Positions 45,306-56,356 of a DNA stretch of 64,000 nt are shown here, in pieces. A model generated the notes under the pieces. It had not been told where the DNA came from. It did no database searches and saw only the letters and a list, made by a program, of their open reading frames with translations. The position numbers and the translations under genes are program-made. The stretch comes from a virus. The stretch lies in the IMG/VR virus record IMGVR_UViG_3300045988_101799, one strand, 5' to 3'. Position 1 is the stretch's first letter, and each line of letters opens with the position of its first letter.

Positions 45306-47572
45306 CGTGCACCTCCCAGCGATTGAGCCGCTTTAGCGTTGGCTTCTACGGCGTTACGAGTAATCTCGGCATCCTGCTTTTCCTTAGCCAACTGGATTTC
45401 AGCTTCCGTCTTCATGCGCTTCAATTCAATTTCGGCTTCGGCTTTCATCTGTTCAGGAGTAGGTCCTTCTTGAGGAGCCGCTTCTTCGTTCTGTTGCATC
45501 GCTTCCAAGGCCCGCATGCCGTTGGTAATAACCTCGTTGCACCTCTTGACCAGTTTCTCGTACTGTTCAAATTCGGGGACAACTTCCTTGGCGGCCTGCA
45601 AATAGTCCATGTGTCCTGCCAACTGGGCGACCAGAAGCTGTAGCGGCTGGGCAAGCTGGGCCATCTCTTCGGGTTCCAGCTGTGCGTCCGGTAGCATGGA
45701 CATGATGAAGTTGGCATGCACTTCCGCGTGCGTTCTGTGGTCCTCGTTCGGCATAACCGGAACTTCCTGCCCTGCCATGAGCTGGTTGTTCTGGATGGAT
45801 GCGATAGAGGCGGCCACGGTTTCGGACGGGTTGGGGTCATCCTTCAACGGCATGAACAACTGCGCGGTGCGTCCATTCGTTTCGTTGGCAATGGCCATGC
45901 GGATGAGACGTTCCTGCCCAGCTCGTGGCATGAACTGCATGTAGTTGAGACACTGACGGAGAGCCATCGTGCGGCGAACCTTACTGCCCGCGCCAATGGG
46001 AGGAAGAGCGGTAACGCTGTCAAGGTCGATAGCGAAGAAGGCATCCCTTGGCACACCTGCTTCGTCCAGACGTTGGAGCATGCGTTCACGTTCCTTAAAC
46101 CCGCCAATCCCTTCATCGTAGTCCTTGCGGATGATACGGCGAACGATTTCACGGAGAAGGATGGTCATGTGCTCCAAGAGCATATCCATGATGTTATTGC
46201 TGACCTTGCTCGCATTGCCCATACGGATTTCAGCTTCCAGCTGGGTGCGGCCCATGCCTCCATCAGCATTCACGTCAATCTCGCCCAAGCGTTCCCGGAT
46301 TTGGTTCTGCAAGAATGCGAGGGGAGTTCCGGCAACCTGTTGCAGATTCGGCACGGGATTAGGAACCACTTGCGTTGACGGGTCCAAAATGGTATAGGCC
46401 CCCATCGGGTTCACCATTGCGGAGAGACGGGAGGTTTCATTGGTGGCAGAGACGTTTAACGCCATGCCGAGGAACGCCGCGTCCGTCGCTTGGTTCATCA
46501 ACTTGTCAATGACACGAGTGTGAGGCAGAAGGTCATTGCCATATCCGCGAAGGGCATGAATATCTCCATTGGTGCTACTGCCCAGCGGGAAGAGAATGAA
46601 GGCTTCTTCCATAGAGTTGTAGGCTCCTTCCTTGGTGTAGAGGAACTTGGTGTCATCTACATCGCGGTTCTGGTCACGCTTCACATCCTGACCATTGCCG
46701 CCGCTTCCGTTGACGAAGAAAATGGAATGAGTAACCGTACCGTTGAATTCGCGAACCCACATGTGGGCAATCGGAATACTGGTTCCAATTACGTCGGTCA
46801 GGGTGTAGTCTCCGTTTTTGAGCATCTTCTCGGTCTCCCAAGAGATACGCTGGGGCTGTACTGTCTGATTGTAACTACAGGTCTTCAACACCTTCATGAC
46901 CTCTTCCACATCCCAGCCCGCTTCCCTTGCGGTCTGCGGGTCACGAATGAAATCGTAGAGTTCATGGGCACGAAGGGTACGAGTAGCAAACACAACCTCA
47001 AGGGTGCTACTGTCCGGCTTAACCTTTCGCTCGAAGGCAAACTCGTTCAGACTACCTGCCTTGAAGTACCAAGTGTCAGGGTCCTCAAAGTAGGCAAGGC
47101 CGAAGCCGTGGAAGGAGAAGTTGTGAAGAAGGTCTGTCATGATGGAAGTGAATCCCGGCATGGACTTGACCATCTTCGTCACCTCGGTGGAAAGGATGTC
47201 TGAATAAATGGGGCGACGAGCATTATCTCCGAAGGTGGTTTGCACCGAAACAAGTTCGGGGTTATCCCATACTTCGCGGAGGCTAGCCGCCACCTTTTCA
47301 CGAACAATCCGCATCGTGCGGAAGTTGTAGTTGGTTCGATAATTCTGACCAACTGCGGAAAGGGCCATTGGGTCATACGGGCGTTGTCCGTCCAGCTCTG
47401 CCTGTGCCTCTGTCCTCGCTTGCATGGATAGCTGGTCAGCGGTGAGGCAGAAGTAGAGCAAGGCGCGGGCTTGGTCAGCGGTCGGAACCCTTCGCTTGAG
47501 AAGAGTTCCGTTCTCGTCAACCACGCCGATAACCCCCGGACCTACGGGAGCATTTGCGTCTGGTTTCGGCAT
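45302..47572 (-). CDS. portal protein candidate
   Basis: 756-aa ORF placed between the terminase and the scaffold/capsid genes. Inferred from size and gene order. Confidence 0.5.
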   Translation of the reverse strand: MPKPDANAPVGPGVIGVVDENGTLLKRRVPTADQARALLYFCLTADQLSMQARTEAQAELDGQRPYDPMALSAVGQNYRTNYNFRTMRIVREKVAASLREVWDNPELVSVQTTFGDNARRPIYSDILSTEVTKMVKSMPGFTSIMTDLLHNFSFHGFGLAYFEDPDTWYFKAGSLNEFAFERKVKPDSSTLEVVFATRTLRAHELYDFIRDPQTAREAGWDVEEVMKVLKTCSYNQTVQPQRISWETEKMLKNGDYTLTDVIGTSIPIAHMWVREFNGTVTHSIFFVNGSGGNGQDVKRDQNRDVDDTKFLYTKEGAYNSMEEAFILFPLGSSTNGDIHALRGYGNDLLPHTRVIDKLMNQATDAAFLGMALNVSATNETSRLSAMVNPMGAYTILDPSTQVVPNPVPNLQQVAGTPLAFLQNQIRERLGEIDVNADGGMGRTQLEAEIRMGNASKVSNNIMDMLLEHMTILLREIVRRIIRKDYDEGIGGFKERERMLQRLDEAGVPRDAFFAIDLDSVTALPPIGAGSKVRRTMALRQCLNYMQFMPRAGQERLIRMAIANETNGRTAQLFMPLKDDPNPSETVAASIASIQNNQLMAGQEVPVMPNEDHRTHAEVHANFIMSMLPDAQLEPEEMAQLAQPLQLLVAQLAGHMDYLQAAKEVVPEFEQYEKLVKRCNEVITNGMRALEAMQQNEEAAPQEGPTPEQMKAEAEIELKRMKTEAEIQLAKEKQDAEITRNAVEANAKAAQSLGGAR

Positions 47573-47577
47573 ATCTA

Positions 47578-48468
47578 CTATTTGTCAATTTCGTCTTTAC
47601 CCTCAACCGCATCAGCCTTCATGGCTTTCTTGGTCTTGGGCTTCACAGGTGCAGGTGTAACAACTTTCGCGCTGGGTGTCAAGTCTTCTGCTTCACTTAA
47701 ATCCTCGCGGGCTTTAGTTGCTCCACCTACTTGCTCGGACTGTCCCATCATATTGATAGATTCCGCTTTGATGCTGGCGATAGATACCTCGGCAGGGGTC
47801 GTTACCGTCACCTCGCCCAAAACTTGGGGAAGCTTAAAGTTGTCCGCGTCGGGGATTTCACCAACGGTGATGAGGTCGTCCCAGTTCTCCACGTTGAAGC
47901 ACTTCTCGGTCAGCACCTTGTCAAGGAAGAGACGGAAATGCGGGGAGATGGTGACGTAGGGAACTCGCTGGGGATAGAGCTTCGCCATCTGGCTGGACAT
48001 GACGAAGGTTCCGTCCACGGTGCGGGATTCGTAGGAACATTCGGTAGCGGGAACGGTGAAGTATTTACCCGCAATAACCGGAGCCTTCTTGCGATAGAAC
48101 GTTGCATCCAGCGTATCAATCGCGCCGGGTTTAAACTTTTCATTGCCGCGTTCGGAAACCCAAATGATAGCTCGTTCGTCCGGCGCGTTCTCGTAAGCCA
48201 GAGCCTGTTGCAGTCGGGCGAAGAGATGAGTAACGAGTGCGTAGCTACCCGTGACAGGGGTCAGCAACTCAATCGTGCGAAGGTCCCGGAACTGATTCTT
48301 CAAGATTTTAATCATGGGTTCAGCGGCGGCCTTGGCCCGGTAAGGGAGCAGGAGCCAAACATCGTGGTCGCCACGGCTGGAAGCCGCAACGCTGTCAATG
48401 AGGTTCTGTGCAATGTTCGCGCCGTTGATGAGGACGCGAGGTTCACAAGGGATTGCTATTGTAGCCAT
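47578..48468 (-). CDS. hypothetical protein
   Basis: 296-aa ORF. Confidence 0.5.
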   Translation of the reverse strand: MATIAIPCEPRVLINGANIAQNLIDSVAASSRGDHDVWLLLPYRAKAAAEPMIKILKNQFRDLRTIELLTPVTGSYALVTHLFARLQQALAYENAPDERAIIWVSERGNEKFKPGAIDTLDATFYRKKAPVIAGKYFTVPATECSYESRTVDGTFVMSSQMAKLYPQRVPYVTISPHFRLFLDKVLTEKCFNVENWDDLITVGEIPDADNFKLPQVLGEVTVTTPAEVSIASIKAESINMMGQSEQVGGATKAREDLSEAEDLTPSAKVVTPAPVKPKTKKAMKADAVEGKDEIDK

Positions 48469-48474
48469 TGTCGT

Positions 48475-48966
48475 TTATTTTGGTTTACTTGCTTTGAGGG
48501 CGCGGCGTTCAGCCTGTATGCCCAAGGATGTGTCCGCTTGAGGCGGCAGGATATTGAATGCCCATTCAGTTACCAACTGCTGGAAGAGATACCAGCGGAA
48601 GTAGAGCTGGGATTCGACGAGAGGCTCATACATTAGATAGGAGAAGAAGGGGTACTTTCGAGGACTGCCCGGAGTTAGCGTGAGGGGTCTAACGAGTGGG
48701 GTTTCCGTACTATTCGAGAATATCTTTGTCCGAAAGTATTTAGGACGCACTCCATATATGGGGTCAACATCCTTAAAGGCCATCACGTGTGTAGGGTTCG
48801 CCCGGTCAGGGTAGGGGTGCATGACCTCGCCACGTGTAGGCGCAAGCCTCGCGGACTTCCCGTTCACCCACGCAAGGTAGTAGGCACGGTATCTCCATGC
48901 TTTTCCCCACACCTCCTTATCCTGTGCTACCTCATGGAAGATAGCCGCGTTCTCACTTATCGCCAT
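48475..48966 (-). CDS. hypothetical protein
   Basis: 163-aa ORF. Confidence 0.45.
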   Translation of the reverse strand: MAISENAAIFHEVAQDKEVWGKAWRYRAYYLAWVNGKSARLAPTRGEVMHPYPDRANPTHVMAFKDVDPIYGVRPKYFRTKIFSNSTETPLVRPLTLTPGSPRKYPFFSYLMYEPLVESQLYFRWYLFQQLVTEWAFNILPPQADTSLGIQAERRALKASKPK

Positions 48967-49717
48967 TGTCGGACGTGGGTTTCAGGTTTTTATCCTCTTG
49001 TGCGTCTGCAAGGTAGTTGACGAAGTTAATGAAGGTAGCCGCGTCAAATTCGGGCAGTTCGTTCTTGTAACTGGCATACGCGCTTGTATTCGCCATCGGG
49101 ATTGCGGGCCAAGGTTTATATTCCTTGGTCAGCTTCTCGGCAATACTGCGTAAGAACTGACTATATTCCTCCGACGGTGCGATGAGGGAAAGGAAGACGT
49201 CCACCCCGTCAGGGCTACCGGAGGTCTCTACCTCCCTGTCAAACGTCAGCGGGTCGTCCGCGTACTCGACATGGGAGAGCTTGGCATTGTACTTGTTCGT
49301 TCTCTTGACGGTCTTCTTGTACTTCTTCGCGTGTTCGCGAAGCTTGTCAAGGTCATCGAGCCACAGAGGAACCTGTTGCCACCATGAACGCATAGCTTCT
49401 ACCCGCAAGCGGATAAGATAGGATGAGCGCATGATTTGGGTCAGGCATCCACAATGATGTTGCTTGCGCGTTAATTGCAGACGGTTCATCGTGACTACAT
49501 TCCCACATGCACATTGCGCGACATACGGATATCGGACATCGTGAGAGTACCCGATAACTGTTAGAATCCCTTGGGTATGACCAACAGGCAACGGTTCATC
49601 ATCCGTTCCCATATAATCGGGGAACGTTTCTGGGGTCTTCACTTCCTCCGGCAAACCCATAAGGGCTACCGGGGTCCAACGACGGAATACTTCTTGGATT
49701 GATTCGGGTTTGGACAT
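48953..49717 (-). CDS. hypothetical protein
   Basis: 254-aa ORF with Cys/His pairs (CACGN..HHCGC). Confidence 0.45.
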   Translation of the reverse strand: MSKPESIQEVFRRWTPVALMGLPEEVKTPETFPDYMGTDDEPLPVGHTQGILTVIGYSHDVRYPYVAQCACGNVVTMNRLQLTRKQHHCGCLTQIMRSSYLIRLRVEAMRSWWQQVPLWLDDLDKLREHAKKYKKTVKRTNKYNAKLSHVEYADDPLTFDREVETSGSPDGVDVFLSLIAPSEEYSQFLRSIAEKLTKEYKPWPAIPMANTSAYASYKNELPEFDAATFINFVNYLADAQEDKNLKPTSDNGDK

Positions 49718-49753
49718 GGTCCCACTATACGCGAATGGACGACGTTGTCAATG

Positions 49754-50422
49754 TTATTTTTCGTCAGCTTCGGGCTTTTCGCCCTTCTTCTTGAGCTTCA
49801 AGGTGATGGTACGGGCCGCGCTTCCTTCTTCCAGTTCGGGACGGGTTCCGTCCTTGTTCAGAGTTACTGGTCCACCCTGCAATCCCATCTGTGTCACTAT
49901 CTCGGTTTGTTCCAGCTCGAACTGCTGGATGACCTGTGACAGTAGGTCCATGTCGCGCTTCGCAATCGCTTCGTTAAACTTCTCCCACAGACCGTGGCTT
50001 CGCTCCATGATAGAGAGGAAGAGAGGTACATCCTTAATTGATTGTATCTCTGCGTCGGCCATGAAGGAAGCGACACGGGAGAATCCACTGTTCATCAGTT
50101 CTTTGTACTGGCTACTCATGGATTCAACGATGTCAAGCTCTATCTTCGTCCTCGCCTCTTGGCGTTGGAGGATGCGTGCCTGTGTGTTCTGTGTGTACGT
50201 ATTGAGAAGTTCATTGCGGATAGCCAGTTCCTCCTTCGAGAGTTGGACGCTATCAACAATCTTATCAACACGTTCACGGGGGAGGCCAGTAACTTCCGAG
50301 ATGACAGGAACCGGGGTCCCTGCCTTGTACATCTCAATGGCCTTCCTTATAACGGTGTTCTCGTTAGTGATTGGTTTGGGGGCGGCTATCTTTGCGGCGG
50401 CTCTTAAATCCATCAGTTCCAA
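49754..50422 (-). CDS. HTH-containing coiled-coil protein; possible small terminase or DNA-binding protein
   Basis: An N-terminal HTH-like segment (ISEVTGLPRERVDKIV) followed by a long helical region. Confidence 0.3.
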   Translation of the reverse strand: MELMDLRAAAKIAAPKPITNENTVIRKAIEMYKAGTPVPVISEVTGLPRERVDKIVDSVQLSKEELAIRNELLNTYTQNTQARILQRQEARTKIELDIVESMSSQYKELMNSGFSRVASFMADAEIQSIKDVPLFLSIMERSHGLWEKFNEAIAKRDMDLLSQVIQQFELEQTEIVTQMGLQGGPVTLNKDGTRPELEEGSAARTITLKLKKKGEKPEADEK

Positions 50423-52257
50423 AGGGTTTGCATTGCGGCGGTTACGTCGGAGGCAAAGGTGTCGCGGGCAGGAGCGGAGGCAGGAGCGGGGGCATTGCCT
50501 CCGACGAAGCCTCCGAGGTACCTGCCAATGTCTGCGGCTTCGATGTACGCAGTCCCGTCTTCGCGATATTTGATTACCTCTTGATGTTCTACCACCTTAT
50601 GGTTCTGAATGTCAAGCCTAATCTTACCGAACTCCGGCCCCATGATTCCCCGGCACACGTGCACCAATAGTGCTAGTGCGTCCGCGTTGTCCGGGGATTT
50701 ATGAATCCGCTTCTTCATGGCCGCCTTGGGTTCCACGGCAATTCGGGTTCCATTCATGGTGTAGAGCCGGGATTTAAGCTCGACGATAGTTGTCGGGTCG
50801 AGGCCATAAAGTTGGCGAGCGTTGATTGCCAGTTTCATACATCCCCAAAGCTCGGAGACCTTGTTGCTATATTGCTGACATGCCTCCTGATTCTGCAACA
50901 GGCCAATGGGCACTTTGCTCGCCATACCCGCGAAGCTGACCGTCTGGAAGTCTGTGCCGACATGCTGGGCGAGGATGTCGATGAAACCAGTACCTCCGGT
51001 TACGTCCACGGCAAGGTACTTACTTTCAACCCCGTTGGCCCGGAGAATCTCTCCAACTTGCTGGGCGATGTCGAAGTTTCGTTGCTTCATCCGTTCCTTG
51101 TCGGACGTAGACTTCAACAAATAGGTACGGAAGACTGCACAAGCCCAAAGCCCTTCAACCGTTCGTCCGACTTTGGCGAGTTTAAGGCAGGACTGGTCGC
51201 CGCCGTTGGTGTAGGCAGGGTCCAATCCTGCGATGGTAATCAACTCGCCGTCTCCCCAGACGGGCATGGCATCCGCGCCACTGCCGTAAATTTCAGCCTC
51301 CGACATTAGTGAACCTTCTTCCGTATCATCTGAAAAGGTAGCCCGGTGGAACCGCATCACGAACGGACTATTCTCCCCGTACTGTTCAATCGTTTGCTGA
51401 ACGATGTTCAACGGGGTGTAGAAGCTCCAATCCTCGCGGCCATATTTGATGCGGGGGTTTTGAGTGTTATCGAAGCGGATGTAAATCCCGTCCTTGGTCT
51501 CCCATTCATATTCCTCAAAGATGTCAACGCTGTTCCACCCATCCTTGGGCATAGCCATAACACCAAAGGCATCGGTGCGGCTCTTGGGGTTAGAGGCGGC
51601 CATCAGGGTAGGCGGCGTGTCCGCTCTGTTGGTGATGAGGTTGGTACGCCACACCTCGACGAGTTCAATCGGCAATTCGGAAAGCTCGTCATAAAATACG
51701 TGCATGTTCTTTGCCTTAATACCGATAAATCGGCTACTGGGGTCGCCGACGTTCGCGCAGGGGATAATGGAGATGCCGCGGGAATCATCAATATCTCCGT
51801 CCTCGTTCACGCCTTTAATCTGTCCCTTACCATCAACGAGCTTACCCGGAAATTCCTTGCGCCACAACCGTTTAATATCCTTGAAGATACGTTTCTTCGC
51901 ACCCTCAATAGTAGTCGATGTGACTAGGCAAAGAGTATCGACGGGGTCGGCCAGATAGAAGAGCGTCGCCATGATAGCCATAGATAATGACTTCCCAGAG
52001 GACGAGCCTCCACCCATGATGACCACATCATATTTGCACGCGGTTTCAATCATCCGTTCAATCCACGGTGTCCAGATAATGGGAGTAGGACTGCCCTTGT
52101 AATTCCACAGGAGATTGATGGCGTTCTTAGCGTGTCCATACCTGCCCAGCCCTCCCTTCTCTTCGGGCCATGCGTATTTGAAGCACCAGAGTTCGATGTC
52201 CAATTCCGAAACTCCGTACTCCCATTGTCGTCCATAGCGGGTAAAGTGTCGTGCCAT
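50413..52257 (-). CDS. terminase large subunit
   Basis: Walker A (VIMGGGSSSGKS), Walker B-like (VFYDELSE), and a C-terminal RNaseH-like nuclease half with conserved acidic residues. ATG start. Confidence 0.8.
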   Translation of the reverse strand: MARHFTRYGRQWEYGVSELDIELWCFKYAWPEEKGGLGRYGHAKNAINLLWNYKGSPTPIIWTPWIERMIETACKYDVVIMGGGSSSGKSLSMAIMATLFYLADPVDTLCLVTSTTIEGAKKRIFKDIKRLWRKEFPGKLVDGKGQIKGVNEDGDIDDSRGISIIPCANVGDPSSRFIGIKAKNMHVFYDELSELPIELVEVWRTNLITNRADTPPTLMAASNPKSRTDAFGVMAMPKDGWNSVDIFEEYEWETKDGIYIRFDNTQNPRIKYGREDWSFYTPLNIVQQTIEQYGENSPFVMRFHRATFSDDTEEGSLMSEAEIYGSGADAMPVWGDGELITIAGLDPAYTNGGDQSCLKLAKVGRTVEGLWACAVFRTYLLKSTSDKERMKQRNFDIAQQVGEILRANGVESKYLAVDVTGGTGFIDILAQHVGTDFQTVSFAGMASKVPIGLLQNQEACQQYSNKVSELWGCMKLAINARQLYGLDPTTIVELKSRLYTMNGTRIAVEPKAAMKKRIHKSPDNADALALLVHVCRGIMGPEFGKIRLDIQNHKVVEHQEVIKYREDGTAYIEAADIGRYLGGFVGGNAPAPASAPARDTFASDVTAAMQTLWN

Positions 52258-52258
52258 G

Positions 52259-52774
52259 CTATATCCTTTCTATATCCCAGTTGTCGAGGGTCAGTGTGTG
52301 GTCGTCGTTCAGTTCCCGGTACGCGTACAATAGAATGAGAAGAGCGTCCGCGTTCTGCAATGTCACCTTCGCGCCGGGGAAGTTCTCCATTGCGATGCGC
52401 TTCAAGTTATTCTTCCACTTGGTCCGGTCCCTTGCGGTTAGTCCCGTATCATACGCGCCCATAGCCCGCATCCATACGATTGGGGAAACCTTTGTGACAG
52501 TGTACCCCGCCGCCGCGGCATAACCGAGGACCTTCCCGGTTGCCTCTCCCAATATGCCACTACTTCTCGGATTGGACACCTTGCCGCCTCCGCTCATGGC
52601 ATAGCTCATCTTCTCAATGTACATGATACGATGACGGCTACGTGGCAGTTTGTTCAATATGATTTCCAGTTCCCTTTCGTCCTCTGGCATGTGCTTTATC
52701 CAGATTTTCTTGCTCCGGGTGTCCGCGAGTACAAGGGCACCGTGGGTTCCGGGGTCAACTCCTACTAGTTGCAT
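52259..52774 (-). CDS. RuvC-like Holliday junction resolvase
   Basis: N-terminal MQLVGVDPGTHGALVLAD matches the RuvC/YqgF catalytic Asp motif. 171 aa. Confidence 0.65.
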   Translation of the reverse strand: MQLVGVDPGTHGALVLADTRSKKIWIKHMPEDERELEIILNKLPRSRHRIMYIEKMSYAMSGGGKVSNPRSSGILGEATGKVLGYAAAAGYTVTKVSPIVWMRAMGAYDTGLTARDRTKWKNNLKRIAMENFPGAKVTLQNADALLILLYAYRELNDDHTLTLDNWDIERI

Positions 52775-52919
52775 AGGAGAATATATCCCACAAAGTCCAG
52801 AAGGTCAAGCACAAAAATAAGACGGCCACCATAGCGTACTATGATGGCCGAATGGAACGTGCCCCTTTTTTACCCGCAATGCGGTGCTACGGGATAAACC
52901 CGTCAGGGCCGGGAGGGGG

Positions 52920-53684
52920 TTACTTGGTCACGGCGGAAAGGAGGCCCATCTCTTGGATGGCTTCAACCTGTCCTTCCACCGGATGCGGCTTGAACTTGAG
53001 GAACGCTTTGGCGTAGCTGTTCTTCCCGTCGCGGGAGACGGCGCGTTGTGCACCAATCTGCACACGGAAGGGCAGGGAGCCAAGCTTATTACCTTTCAAC
53101 ATCATGAACTGGATGAAGGGAGCACCAACGCCCGTGTACTGATTACCTTCCGGGGTGTATCGTGCCAGCGTCCACTGGTCGCCCATGAAGTCAATAGTGA
53201 AGAGAGCGTCAAGGTCATCCTCGGTGGTACTTGCGTCCTTAATACCCTGCGGCTTCTTAACCAGTAGCCACATGGCAAGGGCACGGTTGACCTGCGACTT
53301 GTCGAATCCTTCTGCTTCATACTCTTCCTTCGTATTCCACGTCTTAGCATATACGCCGGGCTGACGTTCGTTGTACGGGATGTATTCGCGGAAGAACTTA
53401 CGAGCCTTCAATACGATACATTCAAGAGGATTATTGCGCTCGGCAACGACCAGACCGTTGAGAAGGAACGCACCCAAACTGCCAATCGGTTCTTCCAATT
53501 TGGCTTCATCGCAAGAGGCTTGCCACAGTTTGAGGTAGGGAATCTGAATGTCCGAAGCGTCGGTCTCACCCTCGAAGGAGTGGTATTCCGTAGCGGTTGC
53601 GAGTTGATTGGGTTCCGGGGTTCCCAGTTCCAATGCGTCTCCCGGGTCTATTCCTAAGGTTTCGTGTTCGGTTTTCTTAGCCAT
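52920..53684 (-). CDS. hypothetical protein of the replication/recombination module
   Basis: 254-aa ORF between the nuclease and resolvase genes. Confidence 0.5.
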   Translation of the reverse strand: MAKKTEHETLGIDPGDALELGTPEPNQLATATEYHSFEGETDASDIQIPYLKLWQASCDEAKLEEPIGSLGAFLLNGLVVAERNNPLECIVLKARKFFREYIPYNERQPGVYAKTWNTKEEYEAEGFDKSQVNRALAMWLLVKKPQGIKDASTTEDDLDALFTIDFMGDQWTLARYTPEGNQYTGVGAPFIQFMMLKGNKLGSLPFRVQIGAQRAVSRDGKNSYAKAFLKFKPHPVEGQVEAIQEMGLLSAVTK

Positions 53685-53793
53685 GTTATTCTAGTATTCT
53701 TGGTTTTGGGTTGAGGGCTTCTTTGGCGAGTGAACTACCCTCGGTAACTTCTCTGACGCGACTATATCACAAGTTCGAAGAAAGTCAAGATGT

Positions 53794-55008
53794 TTATTTG
53801 ATTTTGAGCAAAGCCATCGCGCTCGTCACTTCCTTCACTACTCCAAGTTCTTGAAGCTCTTCGAGTAATGATTCCTTGACCTCCTTCATCTCGGCACGGG
53901 TGGCTCCTTCAACTTTGTTTTTATCTACCACCATGTCAAGAAGCTTCGACACAGGAAGGCGGGAGATGCTGTCCAGAATTTCCTCTGGGGAAATGTACTG
54001 CTCGACGTAGGCACGGAAGGCATCATTGTCCACCTTCACGGTATTACCTCGCCGTGCATACTTCCATCCGGGAACATCAATGCCGCAAGCGAAGAGGGTC
54101 TTGGCATAGTCCTTATGCACCTTGTTGGCCTCCGCGATAATGTTCGCAAAGGAAAGAAGGGAGCCAAGGGTTTCCGGGTTGTCCATCGCCGTACCGACAT
54201 TGTCAATCATTCCCTCGGCTAGGTCCTTGTCCTTCAACACTTTGAGCGAGAAGTTACGGGCCATGCTAGTCACCTTCTTACACCGGGCGAGACGGGAACA
54301 GTAGGGGCAGACATGCGGAGAGGATGAGTAGGCATAGGGATTCTCCGCATCACGACAATGGCGGGCAATGACTGCGGACATGTTTCCCCTTGCGGTAGCC
54401 TCGTCCATAGGGACTGCGGACATGTCGGTGGTAAATTTTGGACCCTTACCGTCGCGGTAGAACGCCGCAATCTTCATGCTTTCGGTCTGGCTGGGTTGTA
54501 CCACCGCAAGGATAATACGCTTACATTCAGGGCGTTCTGCCATTTCCAGCAAACCATAGTAGATGAACTGGGTATTCTCGGCAGGGTCGGATACAGGGAC
54601 CATCCCCATTTTGTAGTCGATAATCATGGAAGTATCGCCATGCCGGACAAGAACGTCAGCCGTTCCGGTTTGTGCTTCGTCGTCTGGGTTGAAGACGATT
54701 CCTTCGAACTTATGTTCCGGGAGTACTTCTACCTTGTCCGTTTGTACCTCGGTTGCGAAGATGGACATGAGCCGTTCGACCATGTTGGAGGCCGCGGTGT
54801 AGAGGATGTGCTCATGCTTGGTCAAAAGGGAATCTGGGTTCTTGGTTTCGAGGGCCGCGTGAACACGGGTCCCAATGGCCGCCGGGGAGAAGTCATCCTC
54901 TTCTTCCTCTTTAGTCATGGGGCGTGGGACATATCCGGGACAGGTAGCGAGCAATGCCATCTTACTCGGACTGTACTTGCTGTGAGTGTTGGTTTCGTTG
55001 TTAGCCAT
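53794..55008 (-). CDS. Cas4/RecB-like PD-(D/E)XK nuclease with an Fe-S cysteine cluster
   Basis: D..D...IIDYK motif (DVLVRHGDTSMIIDYKMG). An N-terminal Cys (CPGYV) plus C-terminal CPYCSRLARC gives the four-Cys arrangement typical of Cas4-like nucleases. Confidence 0.65.
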   Translation of the reverse strand: MANNETNTHSKYSPSKMALLATCPGYVPRPMTKEEEEDDFSPAAIGTRVHAALETKNPDSLLTKHEHILYTAASNMVERLMSIFATEVQTDKVEVLPEHKFEGIVFNPDDEAQTGTADVLVRHGDTSMIIDYKMGMVPVSDPAENTQFIYYGLLEMAERPECKRIILAVVQPSQTESMKIAAFYRDGKGPKFTTDMSAVPMDEATARGNMSAVIARHCRDAENPYAYSSSPHVCPYCSRLARCKKVTSMARNFSLKVLKDKDLAEGMIDNVGTAMDNPETLGSLLSFANIIAEANKVHKDYAKTLFACGIDVPGWKYARRGNTVKVDNDAFRAYVEQYISPEEILDSISRLPVSKLLDMVVDKNKVEGATRAEMKEVKESLLEELQELGVVKEVTSAMALLKIK

Positions 55009-56356
55009 TTGATGTTAATGCGTTAAAGCAAATTTCTTTTGTGTTGAGTGATTGTATGATTCGTTCCTCCACCGTACCGGAGGCGGTCACAATGTACTGC
55101 AAGGTGTGTGACTTTGCACCGAGGCGGGCGATACGTCCTTGAGCTTGCAGGAGTGACGAGAGGGAAAAATCGGGCGAGATAAGTGCGGCGCGGGGGTGGC
55201 CTCCCTCGGTATCGTGAAGCGACACCCCAGTTCCTCCTGCACTAATCTGCACGAGAGCGAGAGGAACTTCATTCCGTTGGAACTTGTCCACCTCTTCCTG
55301 TCGGTTCTTCCCAGTCACCGCTCCACTAATCTCGGAGTAGGGAACTGTTCTCCCCGATTTATTGTTAATGAGTTCCGAGAGTGTGGAGAGACTGTCGAGG
55401 AAAGACACGAAGATGGCGACGCTATATCCACTATCCAGAAGTTCGACTGCCTTCTCTGCCATCGTGGGGAGCTTAGCCAATTCAGATTGCTGGCGAAGCC
55501 GAAGGAGTTCAACGATAGCAGGAAGTTCGATTCCCTTCTCGTTAGCCCGTTCGATGGACTGGTCCCATGATTTGTCCAGCTTGTCAAGTGCTTTCTGTAA
55601 TTGTTTAATCTCTTTCATACCTTTCATGTCTACGTCCACGGACAGATATTCGATTCTATTCTCCGGGAAGAATGTGTCAAGTCTATCCTTGTCAATCTCT
55701 GTCATAACCCCAGCAGTGAAGAGCTTTTGTTTCAGGTTCTCCATCATGGCGTGGTTACGTGGGTTGAGCTTAAACTCGATACCTCCCCAGAAGCTGTCGG
55801 TGCATCCGTGCATACGTGCCCAGAGCCAGAACCCTCGCCGGGGGTCTTGAATCCACTTGGCATATGTTGCGGGGACACTCATATCGAGGGGAGACATAAA
55901 AGGAGTGGCAGAGAGCATAATCGTCGGAAGTCCTTGATGGGCCGCAGTTAATGCCATGATGTTGCTTTGGCTACCATAGGTTTTGGCCTTATGGCTTTCA
56001 TCAAGGACCAGCAAGGAATCGTCGGGAAGGGTCCAAGCCCCGAAGACTATCCGGGACTTGGGAACCTTTGTAGGGCGTTTGTAGTAGGAGGTACTTCCCC
56101 TGCGCACCTTCTCCCATGAGAGGACATCCACCGCGTCCGCTCCTTGCTGTTCAATCGCTCGCTTCCATTGGGTCACTACGATGGCAGGGCAGACGACGAG
56201 AAGTCTCTTGCCCATAGCCTTCGCGGTTTCGATAGTAACCAATGTCTTCCCCGTACCCGTGCAGGATTTATTTATCACATAGCCGTGCCGGGTAATTGCA
56301 TCCACCATATCGTGGATGCAATCTTCTTGAGGAGGGAATGGAGTAAGTGCGCTCAT
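55001..56356 (-). CDS. SNF2/DEAD-like superfamily 2 helicase
   Basis: Walker A GTGKT, DExH box (VLDESHKAKT), motif VI QAQGRIARLG. Confidence 0.8.
   Translation of the reverse strand: MSALTPFPPQEDCIHDMVDAITRHGYVINKSCTGTGKTLVTIETAKAMGKRLLVVCPAIVVTQWKRAIEQQGADAVDVLSWEKVRRGSTSYYKRPTKVPKSRIVFGAWTLPDDSLLVLDESHKAKTYGSQSNIMALTAAHQGLPTIMLSATPFMSPLDMSVPATYAKWIQDPRRGFWLWARMHGCTDSFWGGIEFKLNPRNHAMMENLKQKLFTAGVMTEIDKDRLDTFFPENRIEYLSVDVDMKGMKEIKQLQKALDKLDKSWDQSIERANEKGIELPAIVELLRLRQQSELAKLPTMAEKAVELLDSGYSVAIFVSFLDSLSTLSELINNKSGRTVPYSEISGAVTGKNRQEEVDKFQRNEVPLALVQISAGGTGVSLHDTEGGHPRAALISPDFSLSSLLQAQGRIARLGAKSHTLQYIVTASGTVEERIIQSLNTKEICFNALTSNG

Noticed and set aside
49754-50422. Confident call of a small terminase subunit.
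   Set aside because: There is only an HTH-like N-terminus and helical character. The gene lies downstream of the large subunit, not upstream. It is kept as a low-confidence annotation only.
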